A DNA stretch of 26,980 nucleotides from Candidatus Eiseniibacteriota bacterium (GCA_031364845.1 JANLWX010000121.1:1-26980), one strand, 5' to 3'; shown: positions 7,126 to 17,072, counted from the first letter of the stretch. Program-made: numbers and translations. Notes: generated by a model from the sequence alone, not told the origin.

Positions 7126-9765
7126 ATGAGACGAGCCGTCATCGCCTCCCTGCTGCTCGCCTGCGCGGTCGCGCCCGCGATAGCTCAGACGCCTGTCACC
7201 ACGCCGCCGGAAGTTCGCACGATCCTGCTGACGTCGCCGATCATCATCGACGGCACGCCGTCCGAGGCGGCATGGCTCGCGGCCGATCCGTGCAGCACGT
7301 TCACGCAGCGCGACCCGGTCGAGGGCGCGCCGCCGACCCAGCGCACCGAAGTGCGGGTGTTGTACGACAAGGACGCGCTCTACATCTGCGCTCGGATGTT
7401 CGACACCGCACCCGACTCGATCGTTTCCGAGCTGGCGCGCCGCGACGGCGGCACACGCTCCGATCGCTTCACGGCCTATCTCGATCCGTATCACGACCAG
7501 CGCAGCGGCTATTACTTCGGCATGAACGTCGCAGGCACCCAGTTCGACGGCACACTGTTCAACGACGCGTGGTCGGACGATTCATGGGACGGCGTGTGGG
7601 AAGGCCGCTCCAAGCGCGACGCGCAGGGCTGGACCACCGAGATGCGCATCCCGTTCTCCCAGATCCGCTTCGGTCGCGCCGAACCCCAGACCTGGGGCAT
7701 CAACTTCCTACGCCAGATGGGCCGCGGATTCGAAGACGTCTACCTCGTGCCGCGGCCCAAGAAGTCGAACGGATTCGTCTCGCTGTTCTCGCACCTCGTC
7801 GGACTCGAGAATGTGAATCCGACCAACGCGATCGAGATCACGCCCTACGCGACCGGCAAAGCGGAGTTCCTGCGCGTCGACGAAAACGATCCGTTCAACG
7901 ATGGTTCGCGCATGCGTCCCAACGCGGGCGGCGATCTGCGGATGCCGTTCGGCAGCAAGCTCACGCTGAGCGCCACAGTCAATCCCGACTTCGGCCAGGT
8001 CGAAGTCGACCCCGCCGTGGTCAACCTCAGCGACGTCGAGACGTTCTTTCCCGAGAAGCGCCCGTTCTTCGTCGAAGGCAGCTCGATCTTCGATGCGGGA
8101 CAGCAGGGTGCGAGCGACTACTGGGGCTTCAACTATCCCCAGCCGACATTCTTCTACTCGCGGCGCATCGGTCATGCGCCCGAAGGCCGGCTTCCGGGCG
8201 ATGCGGAGTTTGCCGATGTCCCGCAGGGCACCACGATCCTGGGTGCGGCGAAGCTCAGCGGAAAACTCGCCCCGAGCATGAACTTCGGAATGCTCCACAC
8301 GGTGACGGCCAAGGAGAACGCGGAGTTCGAGCGCGGCGACCTGACCCGCGGTGAAGCGGTCGTCGAGCCGCTCACGTACTACGGCGTGGCGCGCATGCTC
8401 AAGGAGTTCAAGGACCGCCGCAACGGGCTTGGCGTCATGACCACCTTTGCGCACCGAAATCTCGAATCATCGCTCGAGAATCAGTTCAACAGCACGGCGC
8501 TGACGACGGTCATGGATGGATGGCACTTCATTGGGGCCAATCAGGGCTGGGTGTTGTCGGGCTTCGCGGCAGGCAGCGTGGTGAATGGAACGAAGCAGCG
8601 CATCACGGCACTTCAAACCAGCAGCCGCCGTTATCTGCAGCGCCCCGATGCCACGAGCTTCGATGTCGATCCCGACGCCACCTCGATGGTCGGCGGGGCC
8701 GCGCGGCTGTGGCTCAACAAGGAGAAGGGCAACTGGTTCAGCAATTCGGCCGTGGGGATGATTTCGCCCGGCTTCGAAGCGAACGATCTCGGCTTCCAGA
8801 GCCGTGCCGACCTGACCAATGCCCACATCGGTGCCGGATACAAATGGACCGAACCCACCCGGCACGTGAAGAAGCACGACGTCGCGGCCGCGGTGTTCGG
8901 CGGCACGAACTTCGACGGCGACCTCACCGGCGCCGGCGTGTGGGCGAAGGGCTTCTGGTGGTACACGAACAACTGGACGCTCGACATCAGCACCGCCTAC
9001 AACCCGCAGACCGTGAACCAGCGCCGCAGCCGGGGCGGTCCGCTGATGCTCAAAAAGCCGGGCTACGAGCTGAACCTGTTCGGAGACACCGACGGCAGCC
9101 GCAAGCGCTATTACAACGCGAGCTTCTATCAGTACCTGCAGCCCGAGGAGAACTCGTTCAACTACAGCGTGAATCCGTACATGGTGTACAAGCCGATGGC
9201 GAACCTGCGCTTCGAGGTCGGCCCGGGGTACGAGTCCTCGCGTGACGGCGCGTTCTACGTGACGACGATTCCCGATGCCGCCGCGACGTCGACCTACGGC
9301 AATCGCTACGTGTTCGCGCGACTCGACCAGCAGACACTGTCTGCCAACGTCCGCATGAACATCTCGTTCACGCCGACCATGAGCTTCCAGTTCTACGGCC
9401 AGCCCCTGATCGCGACCGGACGCTACTCGGACTTCAAGGAACTGGCGCGCCCGCGCAGTCTCGACTTCGTGGGCCCGAGTCCGGGCTCGTGGACCTACGA
9501 TCCCGCGACGCGTCAATTCGACCGCGACGGCGCAGGCCCGGGGTCACCCCAGGTGCGCGACTTCAACTCGAAGTCGATCCGCGGGAATGCAGTGTTCCGC
9601 TGGGAATACCGGCCGGGGTCGGCGTTCTATCTGGTGTGGACGCAGCAGCGCACCGACGACGAGCGGATTCCGGACTTCAAGATCGGGCCGTCGTTCAAGA
9701 GGCTCGCGGAGGCGGAGGCGGATAATATTTTTCTGGCGAAGGTGACGTATTACCTGACTCGCTAG
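7126..9765 (+). CDS. Secreted CBM9-like/DUF5916 domain protein (879 aa), probable outer-membrane protein
   Basis: GGAG RBS and signal peptide. IIIDG..E.AW, TEVRVLYD..ALY, GWTTEMRIPFSQIRF, WGINF (CBM9-like). TVNPDFGQVEVD..NLSDVETFFPEKRPFFVEG, FFYSRRIG (DUF5916). Beta-strand-rich C-terminus FLAKVTYYL. Confidence 0.88.
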   Translation: MRRAVIASLLLACAVAPAIAQTPVTTPPEVRTILLTSPIIIDGTPSEAAWLAADPCSTFTQRDPVEGAPPTQRTEVRVLYDKDALYICARMFDTAPDSIVSELARRDGGTRSDRFTAYLDPYHDQRSGYYFGMNVAGTQFDGTLFNDAWSDDSWDGVWEGRSKRDAQGWTTEMRIPFSQIRFGRAEPQTWGINFLRQMGRGFEDVYLVPRPKKSNGFVSLFSHLVGLENVNPTNAIEITPYATGKAEFLRVDENDPFNDGSRMRPNAGGDLRMPFGSKLTLSATVNPDFGQVEVDPAVVNLSDVETFFPEKRPFFVEGSSIFDAGQQGASDYWGFNYPQPTFFYSRRIGHAPEGRLPGDAEFADVPQGTTILGAAKLSGKLAPSMNFGMLHTVTAKENAEFERGDLTRGEAVVEPLTYYGVARMLKEFKDRRNGLGVMTTFAHRNLESSLENQFNSTALTTVMDGWHFIGANQGWVLSGFAAGSVVNGTKQRITALQTSSRRYLQRPDATSFDVDPDATSMVGGAARLWLNKEKGNWFSNSAVGMISPGFEANDLGFQSRADLTNAHIGAGYKWTEPTRHVKKHDVAAAVFGGTNFDGDLTGAGVWAKGFWWYTNNWTLDISTAYNPQTVNQRRSRGGPLMLKKPGYELNLFGDTDGSRKRYYNASFYQYLQPEENSFNYSVNPYMVYKPMANLRFEVGPGYESSRDGAFYVTTIPDAAATSTYGNRYVFARLDQQTLSANVRMNISFTPTMSFQFYGQPLIATGRYSDFKELARPRSLDFVGPSPGSWTYDPATRQFDRDGAGPGSPQVRDFNSKSIRGNAVFRWEYRPGSAFYLVWTQQRTDDERIPDFKIGPSFKRLAEAEADNIFLAKVTYYLTR

Positions 9766-9775
9766 CGAGTCAGGT
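9752..9775. repeat. Perfect 24-bp palindrome ACCTGACTCGCTAGCGAGTCAGGT centred on the DUF5916 stop codon
   Basis: Read directly; self-complementary with no spacer. Confidence 0.9.
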
Positions 9776-9870
9776 CGAACTGTCCGCAAGGACAGTTCGC
9801 AGTCTTAACCCTTGATCTCTTCTTGCAGCACTCACGCGAAAGACTGCGAACTGTCCTTGCGGACAGTTCG
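9776..9870. repeat. REP-like doublet (REPIN-like): perfect 31-bp inverted repeats with a 33-bp spacer; possible bidirectional terminator
   Basis: CGAACTGTCCGCAAGGACAGTTCGCAGTCTT (9776-9806) and its exact reverse complement (9840-9870). Each unit is itself a 10-bp-stem hairpin with a 4-nt loop. It fills the gap between convergent genes. Confidence 0.88.
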
Positions 9871-9872
9871 CT

Positions 9873-10841
9873 TTATGGTGGCGTAAACACAAACGGCGCC
9901 TGAAACGTCGTCGCCCCATGCGCGATCGCCGGGAACTTCCACTCCCGAATCTGCGACAACGCGCACGCTTCCAAACGCGTCGATGCCATCGTGTCGCTCA
10001 GGATCCGAGCGTCAGTCACTTCCCCGGCCGCAGAAACCGTCAAAGCCACCACCAGCTTTCCGCGCAGCCCCGGCGCCCGGGTCAGCTCATTGCTGTAGCA
10101 GTACTGAATCCCCGCCGCATACTTCTGCACCGCCGTAAGCAGTGACGCGTTACTGCGCTGCGTCGCGGACGCCGTCGAGGCCGTCACCGCGTCGGCAGTG
10201 CCGTCGTCTTCCGTCCGCGCGGATTCCAAAGCTCCGATCGCAACCTGCGAGCCCTTAACCGTCGCGCCATCGAGCGCAGTGCTGGTGCCCGCCGCTCCAG
10301 GATCGACCGAGGCCAGCATCTGGTCCGATCGGCCGGAACGCACGCCGCGTGAACGGCGCCCCCGCGCGGGCTCGGTGGCGTTCGCACTCAGCGCACCCGT
10401 GAGATCGCCGAGACTCCGGTCGAGCGCGGACGTCGCGCTCGCCAGTGCAGCAGTCGCTTCGTTCGCGCGCGCGCGTCCTTCGGTTCCGGCATCGGGATCG
10501 AGCGGCGCCTGGCGCTTCGGCGGGGCTGCCGCTTCGAGTTTCTCCGCCTCCGTCGCGGGGCGTTGCTTGAACTCCTGGACCGTGAGGTTCTCCGGGATCT
10601 GCTGGGGCACGGACGCGGGCGGCGGGATCTCCGGCAGTTCCTGGATCAGAATCGTGCGCGACTTGGGCAACAGCACGCGGATCACCGCAGCCTCGTTGCG
10701 CGGCCACAGCAGCACGGTGACGAAGAACAGGAACGACGCGACCGCCGAAGCAAACAATAACGCCTTCGCTACGCGCTCGCGATTCGCGTCGAACAGCCCG
10801 CGACGCTGCGAACTCATGAGAAGTCCCGACGGCATCATCAT
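9873..10841 (-). CDS. TonB-like / AgmX-PglI C-terminal domain protein (GltG/GltJ-like energy transducer)
   Basis: ATGA overlap with the upstream stop and GGGAGA RBS. One N-terminal TM helix, Pro/Ala-rich linker, C-terminal IQYCYSNEL..PGLRGKLVVALTV...G.V...LEACAL..IREWKFP....F.APFVF. Confidence 0.85.
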   Translation of the reverse strand: MMMPSGLLMSSQRRGLFDANRERVAKALLFASAVASFLFFVTVLLWPRNEAAVIRVLLPKSRTILIQELPEIPPPASVPQQIPENLTVQEFKQRPATEAEKLEAAAPPKRQAPLDPDAGTEGRARANEATAALASATSALDRSLGDLTGALSANATEPARGRRSRGVRSGRSDQMLASVDPGAAGTSTALDGATVKGSQVAIGALESARTEDDGTADAVTASTASATQRSNASLLTAVQKYAAGIQYCYSNELTRAPGLRGKLVVALTVSAAGEVTDARILSDTMASTRLEACALSQIREWKFPAIAHGATTFQAPFVFTPP

Positions 10842-11242
10842 GGCGCGGTCTCCCGGCGTGTGCTGCCCGTGACGGTCATCCATGACGGAATCGGCGTGGC
10901 TTCGATCAGATCGCGGCTCGACTTGAGATAGCGCGCGTGATGGAAGTCCGCGAAGCGGCGCTGATCGCGCGCGGTGATGAACAGCACCTGCGGCACGGGC
11001 ACTTCACCCGCGATGTGAGTGGTCTCGATGCGGCGCGCGGGAGCGGCACCCGGCTGCGCAGGCGCCGCCGCCCGGACCGAGGCGCGGCCCGCACGGCTCG
11101 TGTCGCGCTTCGCCGCCGCAACGCGCGCCGCGGTGGCAGCCGGCGTGAAGGCGTCCGCGCGCGACTTCACTCCGGACTTGGCGGCCAACGCGATGCCGGG
11201 CATCCCGAGCAACACGACCATCACCGCGCACCAGCGCCTCAT
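10838..11242 (-). CDS. Small exported protein, GltF/CglF-like
   Basis: ATGA overlap and GGAGG RBS. Signal peptide, Ala-rich linker, motif IETTHIAGEVPVPQVLFI resembling the I.G....P motif of GltF-like proteins. Located between a TPR lipoprotein and a TonB-like gene. Family call is inference. Confidence 0.6.
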   Translation of the reverse strand: MRRWCAVMVVLLGMPGIALAAKSGVKSRADAFTPAATAARVAAAKRDTSRAGRASVRAAAPAQPGAAPARRIETTHIAGEVPVPQVLFITARDQRRFADFHHARYLKSSRDLIEATPIPSWMTVTGSTRRETAP

Positions 11243-12147
11243 CGGGCACCTCCCTGCTTCGCCAAGTCGTCCGACTCGGCCGCGGGCAACGCGCCGAACG
11301 TGGGCTGCAGGCTGTCGGGGTCGTCGTGCGAGCGCTTCCAATAGGCATCGAACCAGCGCTTGGCCGCGCGGTCGTCCAATCCGTAGAACTTCTCGAGGAT
11401 CGCGAGGTTGTAGTACGGGCCCGGCAGCTTCGAATCGATTTCAATCGCGGCCATGAATGCCGCTCGCGCCGCACGCACATCGCCCGCGCGCAGCTTCGTG
11501 ATTCCGAAGTTGTTCTGATGCACCGCACTCTTCGGCTCGTCGCCCACCGCCTTCACGGCGTCCTTCACCGCGTCGTCGGGCGTCTCACCGCGCAGCATCA
11601 CGAACACGCGCGCCGGGCGGATCGAGGCGCGGCCGGGGTCGGCCAGCGTGGCCAGGATCGCGCGCGCCTGCTCGGGCTGATCGAGTGCGTCGTAGTGCAT
11701 CGCGAGTCCCGCGAGCAGCTCGTCCGGCACCGCACCCTGTTTGCGCGCCGCTTCGAGCAGCGCGATACCCTCGGCGTGGCGGCGTGAGCCGAAGTAGAGC
11801 TTCGACAGCAGCGCGAGTGCCGGAGCATACGAAGGCTCGCGTTCGAGCGAAGCGCGCAGCGACGCCTCGGCGGCGGACAGCGAATCGATCTCCACGAACA
11901 TTTGCGCCAGGCGATACGGCCAGTAGGGCTCGAGCGGTGCGAGTGCCGCACGTTCACCCACGGCGATGCGTTCCCGCTCCGCGCGCTGCTCGGGTGTCGT
12001 CTCTTCGTGATTGGAGGCATCGGGCAGGCTCGTGACGCGCCCCGGCTCCGCGACGCCACGGTCCATGAGCCCCGCGACGCGACAGCCACCGAGCGCCATG
12101 CACGCCACGGCGATCAACGCGAGTTCGATTGTCCGGTGCGTTCTCAC
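11239..12147 (-). CDS. TPR lipoprotein (GltE-like position)
   Basis: GTGA overlap, lipobox ALGG-C, TPR motifs (YAPALALLSKLY; VHQNNFGI...A..AF..AIEIDSKLPGPYYNLAIL). Confidence 0.82.
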   Translation of the reverse strand: MRTHRTIELALIAVACMALGGCRVAGLMDRGVAEPGRVTSLPDASNHEETTPEQRAERERIAVGERAALAPLEPYWPYRLAQMFVEIDSLSAAEASLRASLEREPSYAPALALLSKLYFGSRRHAEGIALLEAARKQGAVPDELLAGLAMHYDALDQPEQARAILATLADPGRASIRPARVFVMLRGETPDDAVKDAVKAVGDEPKSAVHQNNFGITKLRAGDVRAARAAFMAAIEIDSKLPGPYYNLAILEKFYGLDDRAAKRWFDAYWKRSHDDPDSLQPTFGALPAAESDDLAKQGGAR

Positions 12148-15100
12148 TTCACCTCCCGCGTCGCATCACCCCGCGGTGTCGTCGATGCATCCGTCTCGAG
12201 CATCGTCGGATCGCTGCCGCGCGCGGGCGGCGTCGCCGCGACCAGCGGATAGTCGGTTTCGGGCCGGAAGAAGAAGCGGGTGCCGAGGCGCTGCCACAGC
12301 GACGATTCCGCCTTCTCGATCCACGCATCACGCGCCGCGCCCTCGGCCTGCTGGCGCAGCAGATCGGACCACACGCCTTCGCCACGATCGTGGTACGGCC
12401 TGCTCTTCACCGACAGCACCTCTTCGTAGGCCGCGAGGTCGTCACCCTTGAGATCGGCAGGTCGCTCGCTGCGCTCCAGCGCCTCGGCGAAGCCGACCAG
12501 CGCCTCACCCATGCGGAACGCCGCGGCGTGCGACCACTCGGGCACGCCGAGATCGGCCGTGCGGCGATAGAGCGCGAGCGTGCGGTCGAGCGCCTTGAGG
12601 CGCGGGGCGATCGACTTCGCGAGCGGCTGCTTGAGTCGCATTTGCGCGGCCGCGGCGAACGACGCTTCCGCCTCGAGGAACCGCACGCGAGCGAGCAACG
12701 ACGGCGACGCCGCGTTCGGATGCGTTTCTGCGCGTTTGAGATATTGGGCGAGATAGGACGGCGGCGCTGCCTTCACACCCTTGGCCGCGCGCGGCGTCGC
12801 GAGCAACGCAGCGAGCGGCTTTCCGGCGTCGACCGCATCGAGATCACGGCGCGCGAACGGCTCCAGAATCTCGAGCGCGGCCTCGTGATCGGCGGGGAAC
12901 GCCGCGAGATACGCGAGTCGCTGCTCGTCGGCGCGCGCGTTGAGACCGCCGGCTTCGAACAGGTCGGCCGCTTCGAGCCACGCGCCGTGCGCGCTCGCGT
13001 CATCGGGAAAGCGTGCGGCGAACCGCGCGTAGGCTTCGGCCGCGCGCTCACGGTCGTTCGCCTGCTTCCACGCTGCGGCGATGTGCAGGTGTGCGTCGCG
13101 CACGTACGGGCTGTTTGGAAAGTCGGTGATCACCGCGTCCATCGCGCACACCGCGGCGTCGGTTTTTCCTGCGGCGAGGAACGCGAGCCCCGCGCGATAC
13201 TGCGCGAGATGCGCGTGCTCGTAGGCGGGCCAGCGATGCGCGATCGTCTCGAAGCGCGCCGCGTGGGCTTCGTACTGCGTCGAATCGGCGGCGACTTGCG
13301 CCTCGGCGTGACGGTAGTAAGCGATCGGAATCGCGCGTGCCGCGGCGCGGCCGAGCGAGTCGTTGCCCGCGCGTTGCGCGACGATCTGTGCCGCCTCATA
13401 TGCGACCGCCGCATCCGCAAACCGATCGAGCCGGTACAGAGCGTCGGCGCGCAGGCAAGCGGCCTGTGGCACGTGCGGGTCGGTGCCGTGATGCTTTGCG
13501 AGCCTCTCGAAGTCCTGTGCGGCTCGCTCGTATTCGCCATGCGCGAACGCGAGATTCCCCGCGCGCCACACCAGCTCGGGCGCCCGCGGATGACGCGGGT
13601 ACCGCGCGAGCAACTCATCAACGGAACCGAGCACGATGTGCGCGAGCGAATCGCGACCGAGTACGGCAGGTGTACCGGATCCCGCGTGCGCGGCCGTGGC
13701 CGTGCCGCGATACCACTCATCCGCCACCGCGACGCGCTGCCACAACGCCGCCTGGGCCACGCTGTCGCGCTTCGATGCCGCGGCGATGCCGTAGAGCTGG
13801 AGCGACTGCGCATGCTTCCCGAGCGCCGACGCCGCTTCGCCCGCGGCGAGCGCCAGCATCTCGTTCTCGGAATCGTGCGGCCAGCGCTCGAGCAGGATCT
13901 CGTACGTCGCGAGCGCCTTGCCCCAGTCCGCGGGGGCGCCATTCTTGCGCGCGAGACGATGATGCTCGCGTGCCGCTGCGGTCCATGATGCGCGCGCGAA
14001 GTCCGAGCCCGCGCGGCGCAGTGAATCCGACGTCTGTGCTTCCGCCCACGCGCTGCCCGGCGCGAACTTCGGAGCGTAGTCGAGCCGCGCCCGCGTGATC
14101 TCGGCGCGCGGGCTCGTACGCCGCCGCGAGGCGAGCATCCGTTGCACGCCGAGCAGCGCGTCCGGGTGCTTCGGATAACGCGCGGCGAACAGCTCGTCGG
14201 CCGCACCCGCATCCGCGTGCAGGCCGAGGCGGCGCAGATTCTCTCCGAGCGCCAGCAGCACGCGCGTCTCGTAGGGGCGCGGCCCAATGCGATCGAAGTA
14301 CTCCGCGAACACGCGCGCGCCGCCGGCGCCGGCGAGTGAGTGCACGAGGTACGCTTCGGCTTCGTCCGCCAGATCCGCCTGCTTCGCGATCGCCGGCTGT
14401 TCGCTGTAGAGATCGAGCACCGAGCGGAATGAATCCGCGGCCTCGCGATAGCGGTTCTCGAGATAGTGACTCCATCCCGACTTGTAGAGAGCGATCGCCG
14501 TGAGGCCCGCCTCTCCGCCCGCCGCGGCCTTACCGTAGAGCGCGATCGCCTCGGTGTACTGCGACGCGCCGAAGCGCATGTCGCCCATGCGCAGATACGT
14601 CTCCTGACAGTAGTCCGATTGCGGATGCGTGCGCACGAGTTCGGCGAACAAGACTTCCGCTTCACGCGCGCCCGAATCGCCCTGATCGGCGAGCAGCATC
14701 GCGGCATTGAACATCGCGGCATCGCGATGCTCGAACGCGGCGTCCTCTGTCAGAAGCGCGCGATACAGCGAGAGCGGTTCTGCGATGCTCAGCACCGGCA
14801 GCGGGCCGGCGGGGCGTTGTTCCGATGACGCTCGCAGATACTCCGCCATGCGTCGATTGAAATCGTGCCGCGCCTCGACCAGCAGGAGATCCGCGAGGCG
14901 AAAGCGCATCTCGCCGCGCGCGAACGAGCGTGGGTGCTTGCCGAGGAATGCGCGCGTGCGCGCGATCGCGCCGGCACGCCAGCGGTTCAGGAACGGATCG
15001 TCGGCCTTGGTGCCGGTCATCGCCGTGGTCGTGTCGTCCACGCCGCGCGCGAGCATCGCCGGCGCGGAAGCGGGTGTCGCCGCGAGGTTCACGCCGAGCC

Positions 15101-17066
15101 CGTAAGCCGCCGACGCGAGGCCGTAGTCGATCGCTTCGCGCTCGTCGGCGAGGGCCGCGATGGCGCGCGTCACCGCGGTGCGCGCGACGTCGGCGCGCAG
15201 GGCGTCGTGACGGTCGCCGAGCGAATCGGCCGTGCGCTCGAGCCGAGTCACGCTGGCCAGCAGTGTGCGCAGTTCCGGGCTCGTCGCGTACGCCGCGATG
15301 CTCGAGTCGATGCTCCCGGCAAGCCGCCGCGCCCACGCGAGCGCGCGGGCCGCTTCGTCGGCCTGACGGCGGCTGCGATCGATCAGCCCCGGGCGCCACG
15401 CCTGTTCGTAGGAGCGCGCAATGAGATCGGGGGCCGACGCCGCCAGATCCTGCACGGCGGCCAGGATCTCGCGCGCAAGGCCCTCCTCCGCGCGGAGCAC
15501 CGAGTCGGGCGCAACGTGTCCCGCGGGTGCGGCGAGCAGCGCCGCCCGGCGCGGGCCGTCGAGGTGGAAGTGGCGCATGCCGCCGATCCACAACAGATCG
15601 TTCGCGCACTGTTCGACGACACTCGTCGCGCGCTCCAGCACGCGGCGCGTCGCCGCGTCACGCACGGATCGCAGGCGCGCATCAAGCGCTTCCAACGTGC
15701 GGCGCAACGAGTCGAGCAGCGCCGCGCGCGCCACCAACTCGCGTGTCTCGCGCTGCGTGAGCTCCTGTCCCGCTCCGAGATAGCGACGAAGCTCTTCGAG
15801 CCGCTCTCGCTCGGCCGCCAGATCCCAGCGGGTGCGCGTGAGGTTCGCCATGGCTTCGTCGGCGTCGCGCGCCGCCTGCGCCACCGCAGTCCACTCCTGA
15901 GCTGAAGGCAGCGGAACGTTCGACGGCAGCGACGCGCGCGCGGCAACATCGAGCACCGGCACCTTCAACTCCGGACGCAACGTGAGATCGAGCGAAGCAC
16001 GCGCGAGCACGTCTGCTCCGCCCTTCGCAAGCCGCGCGTCCAGCACCAGCACATCGGCTGGATTGGCATCGAGGCCCCATGCCGCCCACACGTCATCGAA
16101 TGCGCGGGCTTCGAGCGTCCGCGTGAGCCCGTCGCGATCGCGCGTCCACTCGCGATCGATCTGCTCGTACGATTCGAGCGCCCTCGACCAGCTCGCGCGA
16201 TCGAGCGCGCGGCCTGCGAGCGCGAGGCCCACCTGCCGCCGCCCGGCGTACGACGAGTCGGCGCGCAATGCTTCGAGAATGCGCTCGCCATTTGCGGCGT
16301 CGCCGTGCTCGAGCGTGTGCGTCGCGAGGATGTGCTGCGCGCGCGCCGCATAGCGGCTTCCGGCGGGCACGGCCTCGAGCAGCGCGCGCGGATCCTCGCC
16401 TCGCGCGAGTGCCTGCTGCGCGCGGCGCACGAGAGCCGCACCCGCTAGATCGCGGCCGAGCGTGGTCTCGGTATCGGTGGCGAGACGTGCCCACTCGGCG
16501 TCTGCGTTGCCGCCCTGCGCTTCGAGCGCGAGCGCCGCGCGATATGTGGTGAGCGCTGAAGGCCCCGCGGAACCGGTGGCGTCGAGCGCCGGTGCCGGAG
16601 CCGCTTCGACCAGCTCACGCTGGAACGCGAGCCATCCCGTGTACGGCGACGGGAGGTTCCACGCCGCAACGACTGTCGCGAGCGACGTGAACGCCGCGAT
16701 GTCGCCGAGATTCAGATACGCGTGCCCGAGCAGGAACGCGGCGCGATCCGCTTCGCGAACTCCGGCGGACGCCGCGAAGTCGATCGGCTCGAGATTCTCG
16801 ATCACACCGCGCGGATTGCCGGCGCGCCACTCGGCCACCGCGCGTCCCAGACGGAATGCAACCGGATCGACACGCGGCGCATCAGGCGACGCTTCGTCTC
16901 CCGCACGTGCGGTGGACGCGTTACGCCCGGCTGCCGCGGCGCGCGCCGCCGCCAGATCGACCGCATCCGCGCCGGAACCACCCGCGCGCGCGCTCTCCCG
17001 CAGCGGCGCGCACAGCGCGGTCGCCGCGGCCAGGATCGCGAGGCCGTGGTGTGCTCTCAGGCGCAT
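12144..17066 (-). CDS. Giant exported TPR/coiled-coil protein (1640 aa; GltD/AgmU-like C-terminal part)
   Basis: Signal peptide, Ala-rich helical sequence and many TPR motifs (EMRFRLADL, HPQSDYCQETYLRMGDMRF, ALYKSGWSHY, YPRHPRAPELVWRAG, FPNSPYVRDA, EWSHAAAFRMGE). Confidence 0.85.
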   Translation of the reverse strand: MRLRAHHGLAILAAATALCAPLRESARAGGSGADAVDLAAARAAAAGRNASTARAGDEASPDAPRVDPVAFRLGRAVAEWRAGNPRGVIENLEPIDFAASAGVREADRAAFLLGHAYLNLGDIAAFTSLATVVAAWNLPSPYTGWLAFQRELVEAAPAPALDATGSAGPSALTTYRAALALEAQGGNADAEWARLATDTETTLGRDLAGAALVRRAQQALARGEDPRALLEAVPAGSRYAARAQHILATHTLEHGDAANGERILEALRADSSYAGRRQVGLALAGRALDRASWSRALESYEQIDREWTRDRDGLTRTLEARAFDDVWAAWGLDANPADVLVLDARLAKGGADVLARASLDLTLRPELKVPVLDVAARASLPSNVPLPSAQEWTAVAQAARDADEAMANLTRTRWDLAAERERLEELRRYLGAGQELTQRETRELVARAALLDSLRRTLEALDARLRSVRDAATRRVLERATSVVEQCANDLLWIGGMRHFHLDGPRRAALLAAPAGHVAPDSVLRAEEGLAREILAAVQDLAASAPDLIARSYEQAWRPGLIDRSRRQADEAARALAWARRLAGSIDSSIAAYATSPELRTLLASVTRLERTADSLGDRHDALRADVARTAVTRAIAALADEREAIDYGLASAAYGLGVNLAATPASAPAMLARGVDDTTTAMTGTKADDPFLNRWRAGAIARTRAFLGKHPRSFARGEMRFRLADLLLVEARHDFNRRMAEYLRASSEQRPAGPLPVLSIAEPLSLYRALLTEDAAFEHRDAAMFNAAMLLADQGDSGAREAEVLFAELVRTHPQSDYCQETYLRMGDMRFGASQYTEAIALYGKAAAGGEAGLTAIALYKSGWSHYLENRYREAADSFRSVLDLYSEQPAIAKQADLADEAEAYLVHSLAGAGGARVFAEYFDRIGPRPYETRVLLALGENLRRLGLHADAGAADELFAARYPKHPDALLGVQRMLASRRRTSPRAEITRARLDYAPKFAPGSAWAEAQTSDSLRRAGSDFARASWTAAAREHHRLARKNGAPADWGKALATYEILLERWPHDSENEMLALAAGEAASALGKHAQSLQLYGIAAASKRDSVAQAALWQRVAVADEWYRGTATAAHAGSGTPAVLGRDSLAHIVLGSVDELLARYPRHPRAPELVWRAGNLAFAHGEYERAAQDFERLAKHHGTDPHVPQAACLRADALYRLDRFADAAVAYEAAQIVAQRAGNDSLGRAAARAIPIAYYRHAEAQVAADSTQYEAHAARFETIAHRWPAYEHAHLAQYRAGLAFLAAGKTDAAVCAMDAVITDFPNSPYVRDAHLHIAAAWKQANDRERAAEAYARFAARFPDDASAHGAWLEAADLFEAGGLNARADEQRLAYLAAFPADHEAALEILEPFARRDLDAVDAGKPLAALLATPRAAKGVKAAPPSYLAQYLKRAETHPNAASPSLLARVRFLEAEASFAAAAQMRLKQPLAKSIAPRLKALDRTLALYRRTADLGVPEWSHAAAFRMGEALVGFAEALERSERPADLKGDDLAAYEEVLSVKSRPYHDRGEGVWSDLLRQQAEGAARDAWIEKAESSLWQRLGTRFFFRPETDYPLVAATPPARGSDPTMLETDASTTPRGDATREVK

Positions 17067-17072
17067 GACGTT

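Noticed and set aside
9752..9870. CRISPR array or integron attC site
   Set aside because: Only two units, inverted rather than direct; no cas or integrase genes; no convincing RYYYAAC/GTTRRRY pair.
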